Assembly: GCF_004010195.1 (NCBI RefSeq)
Contig: NC_057718.1
Span: forward strand, 80,238,116 to 80,302,115
Source: Chiloscyllium plagiosum
Taxonomy: Eukaryota
Direction of reading: 5' to 3'
Length of the DNA: 64,000 bases
Position numbers and translations under genes: made by a program. The stretch's first letter is position 1, and each line of letters begins with the position of its first letter. Shown here one piece after another: positions 49,958-63,849 of the stretch. The notes under the pieces are model-generated. The model saw nothing but the letters and a program-made list of their open reading frames with translations, had not been told where the DNA came from and did not search any database.

Positions 49958-52900
49958 TATAGAACATAGATCATTACAACGCAGTGCAAGCCCTTTGGCC
50001 CGCGATGTTGCGCCAACCTGAGAAACCAATCTGAAGCCCATCTAACATACACTATTCCATTTTCATCCATATATCTACTCAATGACCATTTAAATGCCTT
50101 TAAATTTGGCGAGTCTACTACTATTGCAGGCAGACCGTTCCATGCCCCTACTACTCTCTGAGTAAAGAAACTACCTCTGACATCTGTCCTATATCTATCA
50201 CCCCCCTCAATTTAAAGCTATGTCCCCTTGTGCTAGCCATCACCATCTGGGGAAAAAGGCTCTCACTGTCCACCTTATCTAACCCTTTGATCATCTTATA
50301 TGTCTCAATTAAGTCACCTCTCAACCTTCTTCTCTCTAATGAAAAGACAGTCTCAAGTCCCTCAGCCTTTCCTCATAAGACTGTTCCTCCATTCCAGGCA
50401 ACATCCTAGTAATTCTCCTCTAAACCTTTTCCAAAGCTTCCACTTCCTTCCTATAATGCGGTGACCAAAACTGTATGCAATACACCAAGTGCAGCCGCAC
50501 AAGAGTTTTTACAGCTGCAGCATGACCTCATAGCTCCGAAACTCAATCCCTCTACAAATAAAAGCTAACACACCGTATGCCTTCTTAACAACCCTAACAA
50601 CCTGGGTGGCAACTTTCAGGGACCTATGTACATGGACACGAAGATCTCTCTGCTCATCTACACTGCCAAGAATCTTACCATGATTTGGAGATGCTGGTGT
50701 TGGACTGGGGTGTACAAAGTTAAACATCATACAATACCAGGTTATAGGAGAAAGTGAGGCCTGCAGATGCTGGAGATCAGAGCTGAAAATGTTTTGCTGG
50801 AAAAGCGCAGCAGGTCAGGCAGCATCCAGGGAACAGGAGAATCGACGTTTCGGGCATAAGCCCTTCTTCTCTCTTGGCTTACAGCCAAATAGCCAAGACT
50901 GACTAGGAGGAATGAGTCTTTCAAGGTGTCTGCTCTAGGTCATTATCAAGCTTCCTCTTCCTCTTCCACCTGATGAAGGAGCAGCACTCTGAAAGCTAGT
51001 GCTTCCAATTAAACCTGTTGGACTATAACCTGGTGTTGTGAGATTTTTAAGAGTCTTACCATTAGCCCAGTAATTTGCATTCCTGTTGCTTCTTCCAAAG
51101 TGAATCACCTCACACTTTTCCACATTAAACTCCATTTGCCACCTCTCAGCCCAGCTCTGTGGCTTATCTATGTCCCTCTGTAACCTGCAACATCCTTCAG
51201 CAGTATCCACAACTCTACTGACCTGAGTGTCATCCACAAATTTACTAACCCATCCTTCTACGCCCTCATACAGGTCATTTATAAAACTGACAAACAGCAG
51301 TGGCCTCAAAACAGATCCTTGCGGTACACCACTAGGAACTGAACTCCAGGATGAACATTTCCCACCAACCACCACCCTGTCTTCTTTCAATTCGCCAATT
51401 TCTTATCCAAACTGCTAAATCACCCTCAATCCCATGCCTCCGTATTTTGTGCAATACCCTAACGTGGGGAACCATATCAAAGGCCTTACTGAAATCCTTA
51501 TACACCACATCAACTGCTTTACCCTCATCCACCTATTTGGTTACCTTCTCAAAGAACTCAATAAGGTTTGTGAGGCATGACCTATCCTTACAAAACCATG
51601 TCAACTATCTCTAATCAACCTTCTTTTCTATATGATTATAAATCCTATCTTTTATAACCTTTCCCAACACTTTACCCACAACCGAAATAAGGCTCACCAG
51701 TCTATAATTATCAGGGTTGACTCTACTCCCCTTCTTGAACAAGGGGACAACATTTGCTATCCTCCAGTCTTTTGGCACTATTCCTGTAGCCAATGACGAC
51801 ATAAAAATCAAAGTCAAAGGCTCTGTAATCTCCTCCTTAGCTTCCCAGAGAATCCTAGGATAAATCCCATTTAGCCCATGGGACTTATCTATTTTCACAC
51901 TTTCCAGAATTGCTAACACCTCCTCCTTGTGAATGTCAATCCCAAATATTCTTATAGCCTGTATCTCAGTAGTCTCCTTGACAACATTGTCTTTTTCCAG
52001 TGTGAATACTGAAAATATTCATTTCGTGCTTGCCCATCTCCTCTGACTCCATGCACAACTTCCCACTACTATCCTTGATTGCCCTGATCTTTCTCTAGTC
52101 ATTCTTTTATTCCTGATATACCTAAGGAAAGCTTGAGGGTTTCCCTTGATCCTATCTGCCAACAACTTCTCATGTCCCTTCCTGGCTATTTTTTTAGCTC
52201 TCTCTTTAGGTCTTTCCTGGCTAACTTGTAACTCTCAAGCGCCACCCTAACTGAGCCTTCTTCTTCCTCTTGACAAGAGATTCAACTTCTTTAGTAAACC
52301 ACGGCTCCCTCACTGGACTGCTTTCTCCCTGCCTGACAGGTACATAGTTATCAACGACACGCAGTAGCTGTTCCTTAAATAAGCTCCACATTTCAATTGT
52401 GCCCAACCCCTGGCAGTTTCCTTCCCCATCCTATGCATCCTAAATCATGCCTAATCGCATCATAATTGCCTTTCCCCCAGATATAACTCTTTCCCTGCAG
52501 TATATACCTACCCCTTTCCAATGCTAAAGTAAACACAACCAAATTGTGGTCACTATCACCAAAGTACTCACACACCTCCAAATCTAATACCTGGCTGGGT
52601 TCATTATCCAGTACCAAATCCAATGTGGCCTCTCCCCTTGTTGTCCTGTCTACATACTGTGTCAGGAAACCCTTCTGCACACATTGGACAAAAACTGACC
52701 CATCTAAAGTACTTCAACTATCGTGTTCTCAATCAATATTTGGAAAGTTAAGGACCCCATAAGAACTACCTATCCAGAATTATCTTTGCTATCCTTTTCT
52801 CTACATCTCTGGAACTATTTGGCAGCCTGTAGAAAACTCCAAACAGGGTGAACTCTCTTTGCCTGTTTCTAACCTCAGCCCATACTACCTCAGTAGACGA

Positions 52901-53525
52901 GTCCTCAAGCATCCTTTCTGCCACCATAATACCGTCTTTGATCAACAAAGCCACATTCCCTCCCCTTTACCATCTTCTCTGTTATTACTGAAACATCTAA
53001 ATCCCGAAATCTGCAACAATCATTCCTGTCCCTGCTCTATCCATGTCTCCGAAACAGCCACAACATCGAAATCCTAGGAACCAACCCATGCTGCAAGTTC
53101 ATCCACCTTTATTCCAGATACTCCTGATGTTGAAACAGACACACTTCAAACTAACTTTTTGTTTGCCAGTGCCCTCTTGCGACTTTGAAACTTTATATTT
53201 GACCTCTCTACTCTCAACCTCCTGTATACTGGAACTACAATTTAGGTTCCCATCCCCCTGTTGAATTAGTTTGAACCCTCCTGAAGAGCTTTCGTAAATC
53301 CCCACCTGGATTATTGGTACCCCTCTGGTTTAGGTGAAGACCATACTGTTTGTAGAAGTCCCACCTACTCCAGAAAGAGACCCAATTATCCAGGAATCCA
53401 AAACCGTCCCTCCTGCACTATCCCTGTAGTCACGTGTTCAACTCCTCTTTCTCCCTATTTCTCGCCTAGATAGCACGTGGCATGGGTAGCAAGCCAGAGA
53501 TAACAACTCTGTCTGTTCTAGTTTG
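49958..53525 (-). mobile_element. Long CR1 copy covering most of ORF2, with nested Penelope-derived inserts at about 50681-51048
   Basis: [49 protein letters not shown]; tail atagaacatag. Confidence 0.94.
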
Positions 53526-53889
53526 AAGTACCCTACATTGAATACAGAAGAGTTGGTCTTTAAATAAAATATTAGAAATGCCTTGGAAGTAATCCATTGA
53601 GAAGGCAAATAATCATGAAAGAAAGGCTTGAAATAAATGAATTATGCTACTTATGCTATTCCTTAAGTTATGAAGAAAGCAAGTGCCATGCAGAAGAGTG
53701 ATTTAGCAGTGGTTAGATAGTAATCTTGATATTGAAGAGAGCACACCAGGTTTCATTCATATAATGAATTTTTATTCAAGTAAGATGTACAAGGTAAATA
53801 TGTTGCAGAATATATACAAAACTAATTGGAAGAGAGGCCATGTCAGCACCCACTCATTACCCCTCAACTTCCCTCTACAAAGCATGGAT

Positions 53890-55155
53890 AACTCAGAGGG
53901 AAATTGTGTTTTTTTTGCCAACCTCTTGAGATTTACTGAAGAGGTAACAGAAAGAGTCAGTGGAGATAATACTGTTTGTGTGGCATACATGGACTTTCAA
54001 AAGGCATATAATACAGTGCCACTGCAGATTTATAGACTTATGAGTAAAGTTTTAGTTCATGGAACAAAGGAGGCAGTAATAATATGACAGACATATTGGT
54101 TGAGTAATAGGAAACAGAGTGGTGGTCAATGGATGTTTCCAGCCTGGGAGTAGGTTTGCAGTGGACTTCACCAGGGTTCAGTTGTGGGAAATATGTTTTC
54201 CATAATATATATTAACAACCTAGATTTTGATGTTCAGCGAACAATTTCAAAGTTGTCGATGAATCGTGACTTGGAAGTATTGTAATGTTTGAAGACCACA
54301 GTGTAGAACTCCAAAAAGGGCATTAATACATTGCTGGATACTTGGCAGATGAGGTTCAATGTGGAGAAGTATTATGTGATACATTTTATTAAGAACATAG
54401 ACAGTCAATACAAAATAGGGGTGTACAATATTTGATGGTATGCAGGAGCAGAAGAATCTTGATATGTGTGCATGGATCAGTGAAGATGGGAAGTGAGGTG
54501 GAGAGAGCAGTTTATAAATCAGTTAATACAGTACCCTGGGTTTTATTAACACAAGCACAGAGTACAAGATCAAGGAGGTTACTCTCTGCTTACACAGAGA
54601 CTTATTAGACCTCAGCTTCAGTACTGTGGATAGTTCTACATTATAGATACAGGCAGGATGTGAATGCATTGGAAGTAGAAGAAATTTACAAAAATGTTTC
54701 AAGGGATACAAAACCTCAGTTAGAAGGATAGATTGCAGAGATTGGGAATGTTGTTCTAAGAGAGAAAACTTTAGGAGGAGATCTGATAAAAGTTTTTAAA
54801 ATCATAAGAGATCTGGATAGAGTAGATAGGGAGAAACTGTTCCTGCTTGTAATAGAAGTGAGAATGAGAGGGCACAGATTTAAAGCGATTTACAAACTTA
54901 GCAAAAATGATGTGAGAAAAACACTTTTCACAAGAATGGTTTGGGTCTGCAGTACACAGCCTTAAAATCTGATGGAAGCAGAAACAAGTGGGAGGCATTC
55001 AAGAAGGCATGATCATTATTTGAATAGAATCAATGTGTAATGGTATGGGCAAAAGGCAGGAGAATGGTGACACATTATAATGCTTATTGAAGAACTGGTG
55101 CAGATAATAACAAGCTGAATGATCTCTTTCTGCACTGAAATAATTCTGTGATTCT
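53890..55155 (+). mobile_element. Old CR1 RT/3' fragment
   Basis: NLLRFTEEVT, YMDFQKAY. Confidence 0.85.
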
Positions 55156-56029
55156 GTGAAATAAGATATTATAGCTGCTGAATGGCTTCCTAGGAATAAA
55201 GGAGCAATTCCTATTTTGTTCATGCGTAATCTCAACCATGCTTGTATGTTTGCAACAGGAGCAGACAACATCACCAACTTAAATCCATTATCAAATGGAA
55301 ATTAAGTGCTGAGCTGTTCTTGTAAACTTCCTGGCAACCAGTTAAGAAATAGTATTAATGAAGGACATCCAGATTCTTGGTTGTAGGACATCTATAATCG
55401 GGACATGCCCAAAGACAAGTAGGACCTGGAGTAAGAACTGGAGTAAGAGTAAGAACTCCAAGGACTTCAGGAGAATCTCTCAAGACTTTGTCAAGACTTC
55501 ACCAATATTCTATCAGCACTTATTCTGCAAATTCTGAGCATTTCACACAAAGTAAACACTTTACTACTCTACCTTCCTGGACATATTCCAGGAGTCAACG
55601 GAGAGAGGAAGTACCTGAACATGAACATCTTGCTCTGTCAACAGAATGGCATAAGGACATAAGACCGGGCAAAGCAGCATTAGCTACTGCAAGAGAGCGA
55701 AACAGGACAGAGGAACACCCTTCCTCTTCAATCACAACCTTCAGGATGCTTCTGAGAACTTTTGCACCTGTTCATGCATTAGATGTACTAACCTGAAACC
55801 ACCTAACCCAGTCCACCACTTCAAAGTCCACCTATAATGTTGTGGAAAGGTTCCTTGTAATGCATGTTTGAGTGCTAAACCAACAAATGTGTGTTTTTGT
55901 TGCTACCAGACATGTTTAAATCACAGCAATCAACAAGTATCCCCAAAAATGTGAAACAAAAGCAGACTTTCAAACAGGAATCTCTTATTTGGACAGCATT
56001 ATCTTAATCATATTATCTCCTCATAGCTC

Positions 56030-57852
56030 GACACCATCCTGTCCTCACGGTCCAGGAACTCCCCACATACATTTGGGACTCCACCTGTGCCCTCCACCTA
56101 CTCCATGATTTTAACTTCCCTAACCCTCAATGCCTCATGTTCACCATGGTCATCCAGTCCCTTTACACATCCCTCTGCCATGGTGAAGGCCTCCAAGCTC
56201 ACCGTTCCTTCCTCTTCCAATCAGTATGCCTCCACCGCCACATTCATTCGATTGCTGGAACTGATCCTCACCCTCACCAACTTTTCCTTTAATTGTCCCA
56301 CTTCCTTCAAACAAAAGGGGGGGCCCCAGCTGCGCCTACCTCTTTGCAGGACACATGGAACAATCCATCTTGCGCAGTTACATTGGCACCATCCCCCACC
56401 TCTTCCGCCGCTACATTGTTAACTGTATTGGCACCACTTCATACTCCCATGAAGGATGGAACACTTCATCAACTTCACAAACACCTTCCACCCTGACCTT
56501 AAGTTCACCTGGACCATCTTGGACACCTCCCTCCACTTCCTGGACCTCTCCATCTCCATTTCTGGTGGCCAACTGAACACGGACATCTATTTCAAACCCA
56601 CTGACTCCCACAGCTACCTTGACTACACCTTCTCCCAACCCCTCTCCTGTAAATACAAGATCTCTTACTCCCAATTCCTCTGCCTCCACCATATCTGCTC
56701 CCAGGAAGAGCAATTCCACTCCAGATCGTCCCAGTTGGCCTCCTATTTCCAGGACTGCAATTTCCCCTCCCACATGATCAACAATGCCCTCCAGCACATC
56801 TCCTCCATTTCCTGCACCTCTACCCTTGAATCCCACTCCTCCAACCGCAACAAGGAAAGGATCCCCCGCTCTTCCCCCACACCCCTGCATCCCGGTCCTC
56901 ACCTTCCACCCCACTAATATTCTGATATTGCTCATTATTATCCTCCACCATTTCTGCCACCTACAATCACCACCCATCACATATTTCCCTTCCTACCACT
57001 GCATTCTGCAGAGACTATTCCCTCCGTGACTCCCTCATTAGGTCCATGTCCCCCACCATCCCACTCTCCAGTCCTGGCAGCATCCTGTGCCACTGTAAAA
57101 GGTGTAAAACCTGCGCCCACACCTCCCCCTTCACCTTCATCCAAGGCCCAAAAGATCTTTTCACTGCCGACAGAGATTTTCTTGCACACCCATCCACCTC
57201 ATCTACTGTGTCCATTGCTGTCGATGTAGTCTCCTCTACATCGGGGAGACAGAATGCCAACTCACGGAGGGTTTCAGGGAAAATCTATGGGAGACATGCA
57301 CCCAACAACCCCACCGTGCTGTGGCCAACCACTTCAATTCCCCGTCCCATTCCACCAAGGACATGCAAGTTCTGGACTACCTCCAACGCCAAATCCAAGC
57401 CACTGGACAACTGGAGAAAAATGCCTCATTTTCCACCTTGGGACCCTTCAACCACATGGCATCAACATCAACTTCACTAGTTTCCAAATCCTCCCTCTTC
57501 CCCCCAACCTCGTCCCAGATCCAACCTTCCAAATTGGCACTGCCCTCTTGACCTCTCCCACCTGTCCATCTTCCTTCCCACCTATCTGCTCCACCTTCCC
57601 CACCAACCTAACACAATTACCCCCCCGCCACCTGCATCCATCTAATGCCTTCCCAGCTACCTCACACCCAGCCCCAGTGCACCCTCCTATTTATCTCTCA
57701 GCCACCTTCCCCCAACCCCACATTCCTGATGAAGGGCTTCTACCCAAAACATCGACTCTCCTGCTCCTCAGATGCTGCCTGACCTGCTGTGCTATTCCAG
57801 CACCACACTTTTCGACTCTGATTCTCCAGCATTTGCAGTCCTCACTTTCTCT
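56030..57852 (+). mobile_element. Penelope-like element 3' part: RT, GIY-YIG endonuclease and terminal repeat
   Basis: FRRYI, FHPDLKFTW, YFKPTDSHSYLDY, CKRCKTC, LYIGET, ANHFNSPSHS; ends in the same terminal repeat as the short inserts, with CTGATGA at 57726. Confidence 0.92.
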
Positions 57853-58214
57853 CAGCATTAGCCTACTGCCTGGTTTCACTTCTAGATCAAAATGATCCCC
57901 TCTATTCTTAGTCATACTGGCTGAGGAATAAGTATTGACAAGAACACCAAGGATATTTTGCCTGGTCTTCTTCACAATAGTATTGGAGGATCTTATATGC
58001 CTATCTGATAGGACAAAGAGCAGCCCTAATTTCTGCAAAATCTTTGGACATCTCAAAGTCTTCCTCTCACCTCCAAGTTCTGTCTGAAAGTGGAAGTCAA
58101 TGTGTCAGCATGCTGATCACGTGTGAACGCTGGAGTGGATGGTGTGGCTGTATTGACCGATCCACTTAGGCTGGTTTACCAATATGCCAGATAGTGAATT
58201 TAGTGATTTCAGCA

Positions 58215-58470
58215 GCTTCTAATTATATATATTTTCAACCAACCTGTTCATGCACGTTATGACAGCCCATACAGCAGGTAGCATTTGATCTCCAGCAATG
58301 TCGCCTAGAGTTAGAGTCAATGCTGGTTCCACAAGAGTCCAAGCTGGTAGTTATAGATATTTTTAATGAACCTGTTCAGACATGTTATGGCACTCCTCTG
58401 GATTAGGTGGAATTTGAACCTGAGCTTTCTGGCTTAGAGACAGAAATCTGCCACTGCACCACAGCAGCCT
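58215..58470 (-). repeat. Tandem pair of about 130-bp tRNA-derived units; related unit at about 49480-49580
   Basis: Minus strand has A-box TGGTGCAGTGG and B-box-like GGTTCAAATTCC; shared aacctgttca...gttat segment. Confidence 0.6.
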
Positions 58471-58584
58471 TCAGTTGGTGGTTCTATGGTGTCTTTAATT
58501 TAGAGCAACTCCAAAATATTTAAAAGTCATTAACAGGAAGAACTAAAAAAACACAAGGTAGGGAAATATGTCACGAATATAATA

Positions 58585-59690
58585 AATAAGAGCAGTAGTC
58601 GGCCATTTGTCCTTCAAGCCTGCCTTGTCATTCAGCAATATTATGGCTGATCTGTCTCAGGCCTCAGCTCTTCTTTTGTGTCCGCTCAGTACAGCTGTAA
58701 TCTCCTCAATGTTTCAAAGATCTATTAACTTCCTGTTTAAATGCTTTCAGTGATCCAGTCTGCACAACTTTCTGGAGCAGAGAATTCCAGACATTCTCTA
58801 CCCTTTGGGAGAAGAAATCCCTTCGCACCTCAGTTTTAAATGAGGCCACCTATTCTGCAACCATGTCCCTTGGTTCTAAATTCTACCACTAGTAGAAATA
58901 TCTTCTCAACATTTACCCTGTCAAGGCCTCTCATAATCTTGTATGTTTCAATGAGATCACCCTCATTCTTCTGAACTCTAATGAATAAAGGCCTAACCCA
59001 TTTAGTTGCTCTTGACATATCAAGCCTTTGGCCTAGGAATCAGCTGAGTGAATCCCTTTTGAACAGCCTCTTATGCCAGTATATCCTTTTCTTGAAATAC
59101 AGGGATGAAAACTATACACCGTACTCCAGATATGACCTCATTCATAACAGGACTTCCCTGTTTTCAAAATCCAACCATCTAACAATTAAGGCCAAAATTT
59201 CATTATTTGGAGATGCCGGTGTTGGACTAGGGTGTACAAAGTTAAAAATCACTCAACACCAGGTTCTCATCCAACAGGTTTAATTGGAAGCATTAGTTTT
59301 CGGAGCGCTGCTCCGAAACCACCTGATGAAGGAGCAGCGCTCTGAAAGCTAGTGCTTCCAATTAAACCTGTTGGACCAAAATTTCATTTATCTTCTAAAT
59401 TACTTATTGCACATGCATGCTAACTTCTTGCGTTTCATGCACAAGAATATCTAGATTCCTCCGGCTGATTGTTTTTTTCATCCCTTTCCATTTAAATAAT
59501 AATCTGCCTTTTCATTTTTCCTACATTACATCCTATTGCAAGAGTTCTTATGACTTTATCACAAAATACCCCACTAACTATTTTTGTGTCAACAGCAAAT
59601 TTGGATACATTACACTCTTACCCTTTTGCCAAGTCATTTATATAGTCAGTAAATAATTGACAACCTTGTACTGATTCTTGTGGCACCTGG
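58585..59690 (-). mobile_element. CR1 3' fragment with nested hammerhead-bearing insert (about 59205-59375)
   Basis: GDLIETYKIMRGLDRV; TSD CCAAAATTTCATT around insert. Confidence 0.85.
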
Positions 59691-59789
59691 TCAGAAGTCA
59701 CCCAACACCAGGTTATAGTCCAACAGGCTTATTTAAAATGACAAGCTTTCAGAGTGCTGCTCCTTCATCAGGTGAAGTGATGGAAAAAA

Positions 59790-62320
59790 AGATCGAAAAG
59801 TTAAAGTTCTAAATTGGAGGAAGGCAATTTTGATGGTATTAGGCAAGAACTTTAAAAAGTTGATTTGGTGTGAATGTTCACAGGTAAAAGGGACGGCTAG
59901 AAAATGGGAAGCCCTCAAAAATGAGATAACAAGAGTTCAGAGACAGTATGTTCCTGTTAGGGTGAAACAGAAGGCTGGTAGGTGTGGGGAATGCTGGATG
60001 ACAAGAGAAATTGAGGTTTTGGTCAAGAAAAAGAAGGAAGCATGCGCCATGTATAGACAGCAGAGATCGAGTGAATCCTTAGAAGAGTATAAAGGCAGTA
60101 GGAGTTTATTTAAGAGGGAAATCAGCAGGGCAAAAAGGGGACACGAGATAGCTTTGGCAAATAGGGTTAAGGAGAATCCAAAGGGATTTTATAATTACAA
60201 AGGAACCTTCATTATCCGAAGGACACATTTGGTTAATCGAATTCCGGATAATCGAATGCTGGATATGTTGTTTAGTCAAGCATCAGGACCTTGTGATCTT
60301 GCCAGACATTCGAATGCCGATATTGAGGTTGCTTTGTAGATTAAGGACAAAAGGGTAGCTAGGGAGAGAATAGGCCTCCTCAAAGATCAGCAAGGCGGCC
60401 TTTGTGTGGAGCCGCAGGAGATGGGGAAGATACTAAACAAGTATTTTGCATCAGTGTTTACTGTGGAGAAGGACATGGAAGATACAGAATGTGGGGAAAT
60501 AGACGGTGACATCTTGAAAATGTCCAAATTACAGAGGAGGAAGTACTGGATGTCTTGAAATGCACAAAGGTGGATAAATCCCCAGGACCTGACCAAGTGT
60601 ACTCTAGAACCCTGGGAAACTAGGGAAGTGATTGCTGGGCTCCTTGCTGAAATATTTGAATCATTGATAGTCACATGTGAGCTGCCGGAAGACTGAAGGT
60701 TGGCTAATGTGGTGCCACCATTTAAGAAAGATGGTAAGGCAAAGCCAGGGAACTATAGATCAAGAGCCTGACATTGGTGGTTGGCAAGTTGTTGGAGGGA
60801 CTCCTGACGAACAGGATTTACATACACTTGGAAAGGCAAGGATTGATTAGGGATACTCAACATGGCTTTGTGCATGGGAAATTATGACTCACAAACTTGG
60901 TTGAGTTTTATGAAGTAGTAATGAAGAGGACTAATGACAGTAGAGTGGTAAAGGTGATTTTTATGGACTTCAGTGAGGTATTTGACAAGATTTCTCGTGG
61001 TAGGCTGGTTAGGAGGTTCGATCACATGGGTATACCGGAAGAACTAGCCATCTAGACACAGCACTGGCTCGATGGTGGAAGACAGAGGGGGATGGTGCAG
61101 GGTTGCTTTCAGACTGGAGGCCTGTGACCAGTGGTGTCCCACAAGGATGGGCCCTGGTCCACTATCCTTAATCTACAAAGCAACCTCGATATCAGCATTC
61201 GATTGTCCAAATATCGGATTATCTGGCAAGATCACAAGGTCCTGATGCTTGGCTAAACAACATATCCAGCATTCGATTAACCAAATGTGTCCTTTGGATA
61301 ATCAAGGTTCCTTTGAAATTATAAAATCCCTTTGGATTCTCCTTAACTCTATTTGCCAAAGCTATCTCAATGTCCCCTTTTCATCACTTATATAAATGAA
61401 CATAGGAGGTTAGTAAGTTTGCAGATGACACCAAAATTGGAGATTTAGTTGTCAGTGAAGAAGGTACCTCAGATTGCAATGGGATCTTGATCAGATGGGC
61501 CAATGGGCTGAGGAGTGGCAGATGGAATTTAATTTAGATAAATGTGAGGTGCTGTATTTTGGAAAGGTAAATCAGGGGAGGACTTAAACGCTTAATGATA
61601 AGGTCCTGGGGAATGTTGCTGAGCAAAGAGACCTTGGAGTGCAGGTTCATAGTTCCTCGAAAGTGGAGTCACAGGTATGTAGGATAGTGAAGAAGTATGC
61701 TTTCCCTTATTGGTCAGAGCTTGGAGTATAAGAGTTGGGAGGTCATGTTGCGGCTGTACAGGGCTTTGTTTAGGCCACTTTTGGAATATTGTGTGCAATT
61801 CTCGTCTCCCTCATATAGGAAGGATTTGTAAAACTTGAAAGGGTGCAGAAAAAAATTATAAGGATGTTGCCAGGGTTGGAGAGTTTGAGCTATAGGGTGA
61901 GGCCGAAGAGGCTGGGGTTGTTTTCCCTGCAGCATTGGAGGCTGAGGGGTGACGTGTAGAGGTTTATAAAATCATGAGGGGCATGGATCAGGTAAATAGA
62001 CAAGGTCGTTTACCTAGGTAGGGGAGTCCTAGAGGGCATAGATTTAGGGTGAGAGGGGAAAGATTTTAAATGGACCTAAGGGACAACTTTTCACACAGAG
62101 GGTGGTGCGTGAATGGAATGAGCTGCCAGAGGAAGTGGTGGAAGCTGGTACAATTACAACATTTAAAGGCATCTGGATGGGTTTATGAATAGGAAGGGTT
62201 TAGATGAATATGGGCCAAGTGCTGACAAATGGGACTAGATTAGGTTAGGATATCTGGTCGGCATGGACGAGTTGGAAGGGTCTGTTCAGTCCCTATACAT
62301 TTGTATGACTCTATGACTCT
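59790..62320 (+). mobile_element. CR1 ORF2 remnant to 3' end
   Basis: ALANRVKENPKGFY, KSPGPD, KFADDTK; tail tatgactctatgactct. Confidence 0.93.
60198..60336. mobile_element. Tigger/pogo-like MITE in CR1
   Basis: TA-flanked TIRs caaaggaacct / aggttgctttg. Confidence 0.8.
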
Positions 62321-62329
62321 AAAAAGGAG

Positions 62330-62830
62330 CATATGCCGCACTGCGAACCAGTTCAAGAAAAAGTGCAGCGCTCTCTACAGTCTCTGGACCATTGAAAATC
62401 AAATGTAAAGCGCCAGAAATATTTCACGACTTAACATATCTCCGCAACGGTTTTCAGGCAGAGCGAGATCGGATCTCGAGTTGGTCGACTCAGCCAACAG
62501 CATTGTGGGCGGGATGGAGTGGGGGAACTCGCTGGTTGCCCACAGCCAGAGGTAAAGCGATCCCAGCAGCTGTTACACCCTTCTCAGCAGCCTGCGAGTT
62601 GCTGGCGTGTCCGGCTGGCATTGGTATGTGATCCAGATTGCAAAAACGAGGACAAAAACAGAGGAAATGTAAGTCTAATGAAAACGATCGGGACCAACCT
62701 TAGAGAAATAAAAAAAACAACACACTTTCGCCTGGAACTTTTGCGAGGGTTCTTCTGATCTTCGGCCGTAAATGTTATTGTAAGATCCAAGCATCCACAG
62801 ATTTCTGCCGTTCTTCAATCTCAGCTACGA
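62330..62830. promoter_or_regulatory. CpG-rich unique segment, candidate promoter or first exon
   Basis: Visibly higher CpG density than flanks, GGGCGGGA box near 62507, no repeat similarity seen. Confidence 0.45.
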
Positions 62831-63503
62831 TGTGAGATTGGGAGAAACCCTGGAAAAAAAAATCGACCTTTGCCACTTAAATATGACCAGTGGATCCCAT
62901 CGTTAATTATTTATTCCAGCAGTATTCCTCGTCGCCCTGATTTATATTATGTCTTGCACTTGATTCATTTGTCTAAATTGTTACTTGCCAAGATAACATT
63001 ACAGACCTCCAGAATCACCGCCTTATTTTTTAAGTAATACCAGCACTCAACGAACATTTCGAGTGTTGCCATTTATCAGAAGTTTATCGTGTCCAAAAGC
63101 TAGCTTCCACACTTAGCCCAAATGCTTACACAAACAGAAAATCTAATTCTGCCCTTTCCGCTGGCAAGAACAGTGCTGCAGTCATGGCAAATGCAAGGTG
63201 AAACACTCTCGGATCAAATGTTATAGCCGATCCCACTTAACTGTTTATTGTATCATTAAATATTCCTGTTAAGTGAATAAAATTGTAGAAGGGCCAACAT
63301 AAACATTCCACTCATTTTGGTTAAATAAAGAGCTATAAAATTTCCATTATCTGAATAGTTTCCTACGATTGTATTGCATTTCCCAGCGTAGTGAACTTGA
63401 CCATGTTTGTAACTCACCGCAGGAATTTGTTACTGCACACCATGATACAGCATCAATAAATGAAAAACAGCATAAAAATACTGAATACTGAGTTGTAGTT
63501 CGT

Positions 63504-63719
63504 TGTTAAAAATCACACATCATAGTCCAACAGGTTTAATTGTAAGCACACTAGCTTTCGGAGCGTCGCTCCTTCATCAGGTGGTTGTGCCCTGATTCGG
63601 CACAACCACCTAAGCACTCCGAAAGCTAGTGCTTCCAATTAAACCTGTTGGACTATAACCTGGTGTTGTGTGATTTTTAACTTTGTACACCCCGGTCCAA
63701 CACAGGCATCTCCAAATCA
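63504..63719. mobile_element. Short inverted-repeat Penelope-derived insert with hammerhead core
   Basis: Exact 15-bp TSD TGAGTTGTAGTTCGT (63489-63503, 63720-63734). Confidence 0.85.
63549..63583 (-). ncRNA. Minimal type I hammerhead ribozyme motif
   Basis: cac-CUGAUGA-a-ggagc-gac-gcucc-GAAA-gcUA-gug: intact core, 5-bp stem II, palindromic AGCU stem III, stem I cac/gug. Confidence 0.7.
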
Positions 63720-63849
63720 TGAGTTGTAGTTCGTCTGTTATGAATGAGTTTCATAAAGTTGATATTAATACAGGATATTTCTGGTTTTCTCAGATAAAGA
63801 CTGTTTTTATTTGTCATGATTAATAAATTATTTATTTTTGGAAAAAAAA

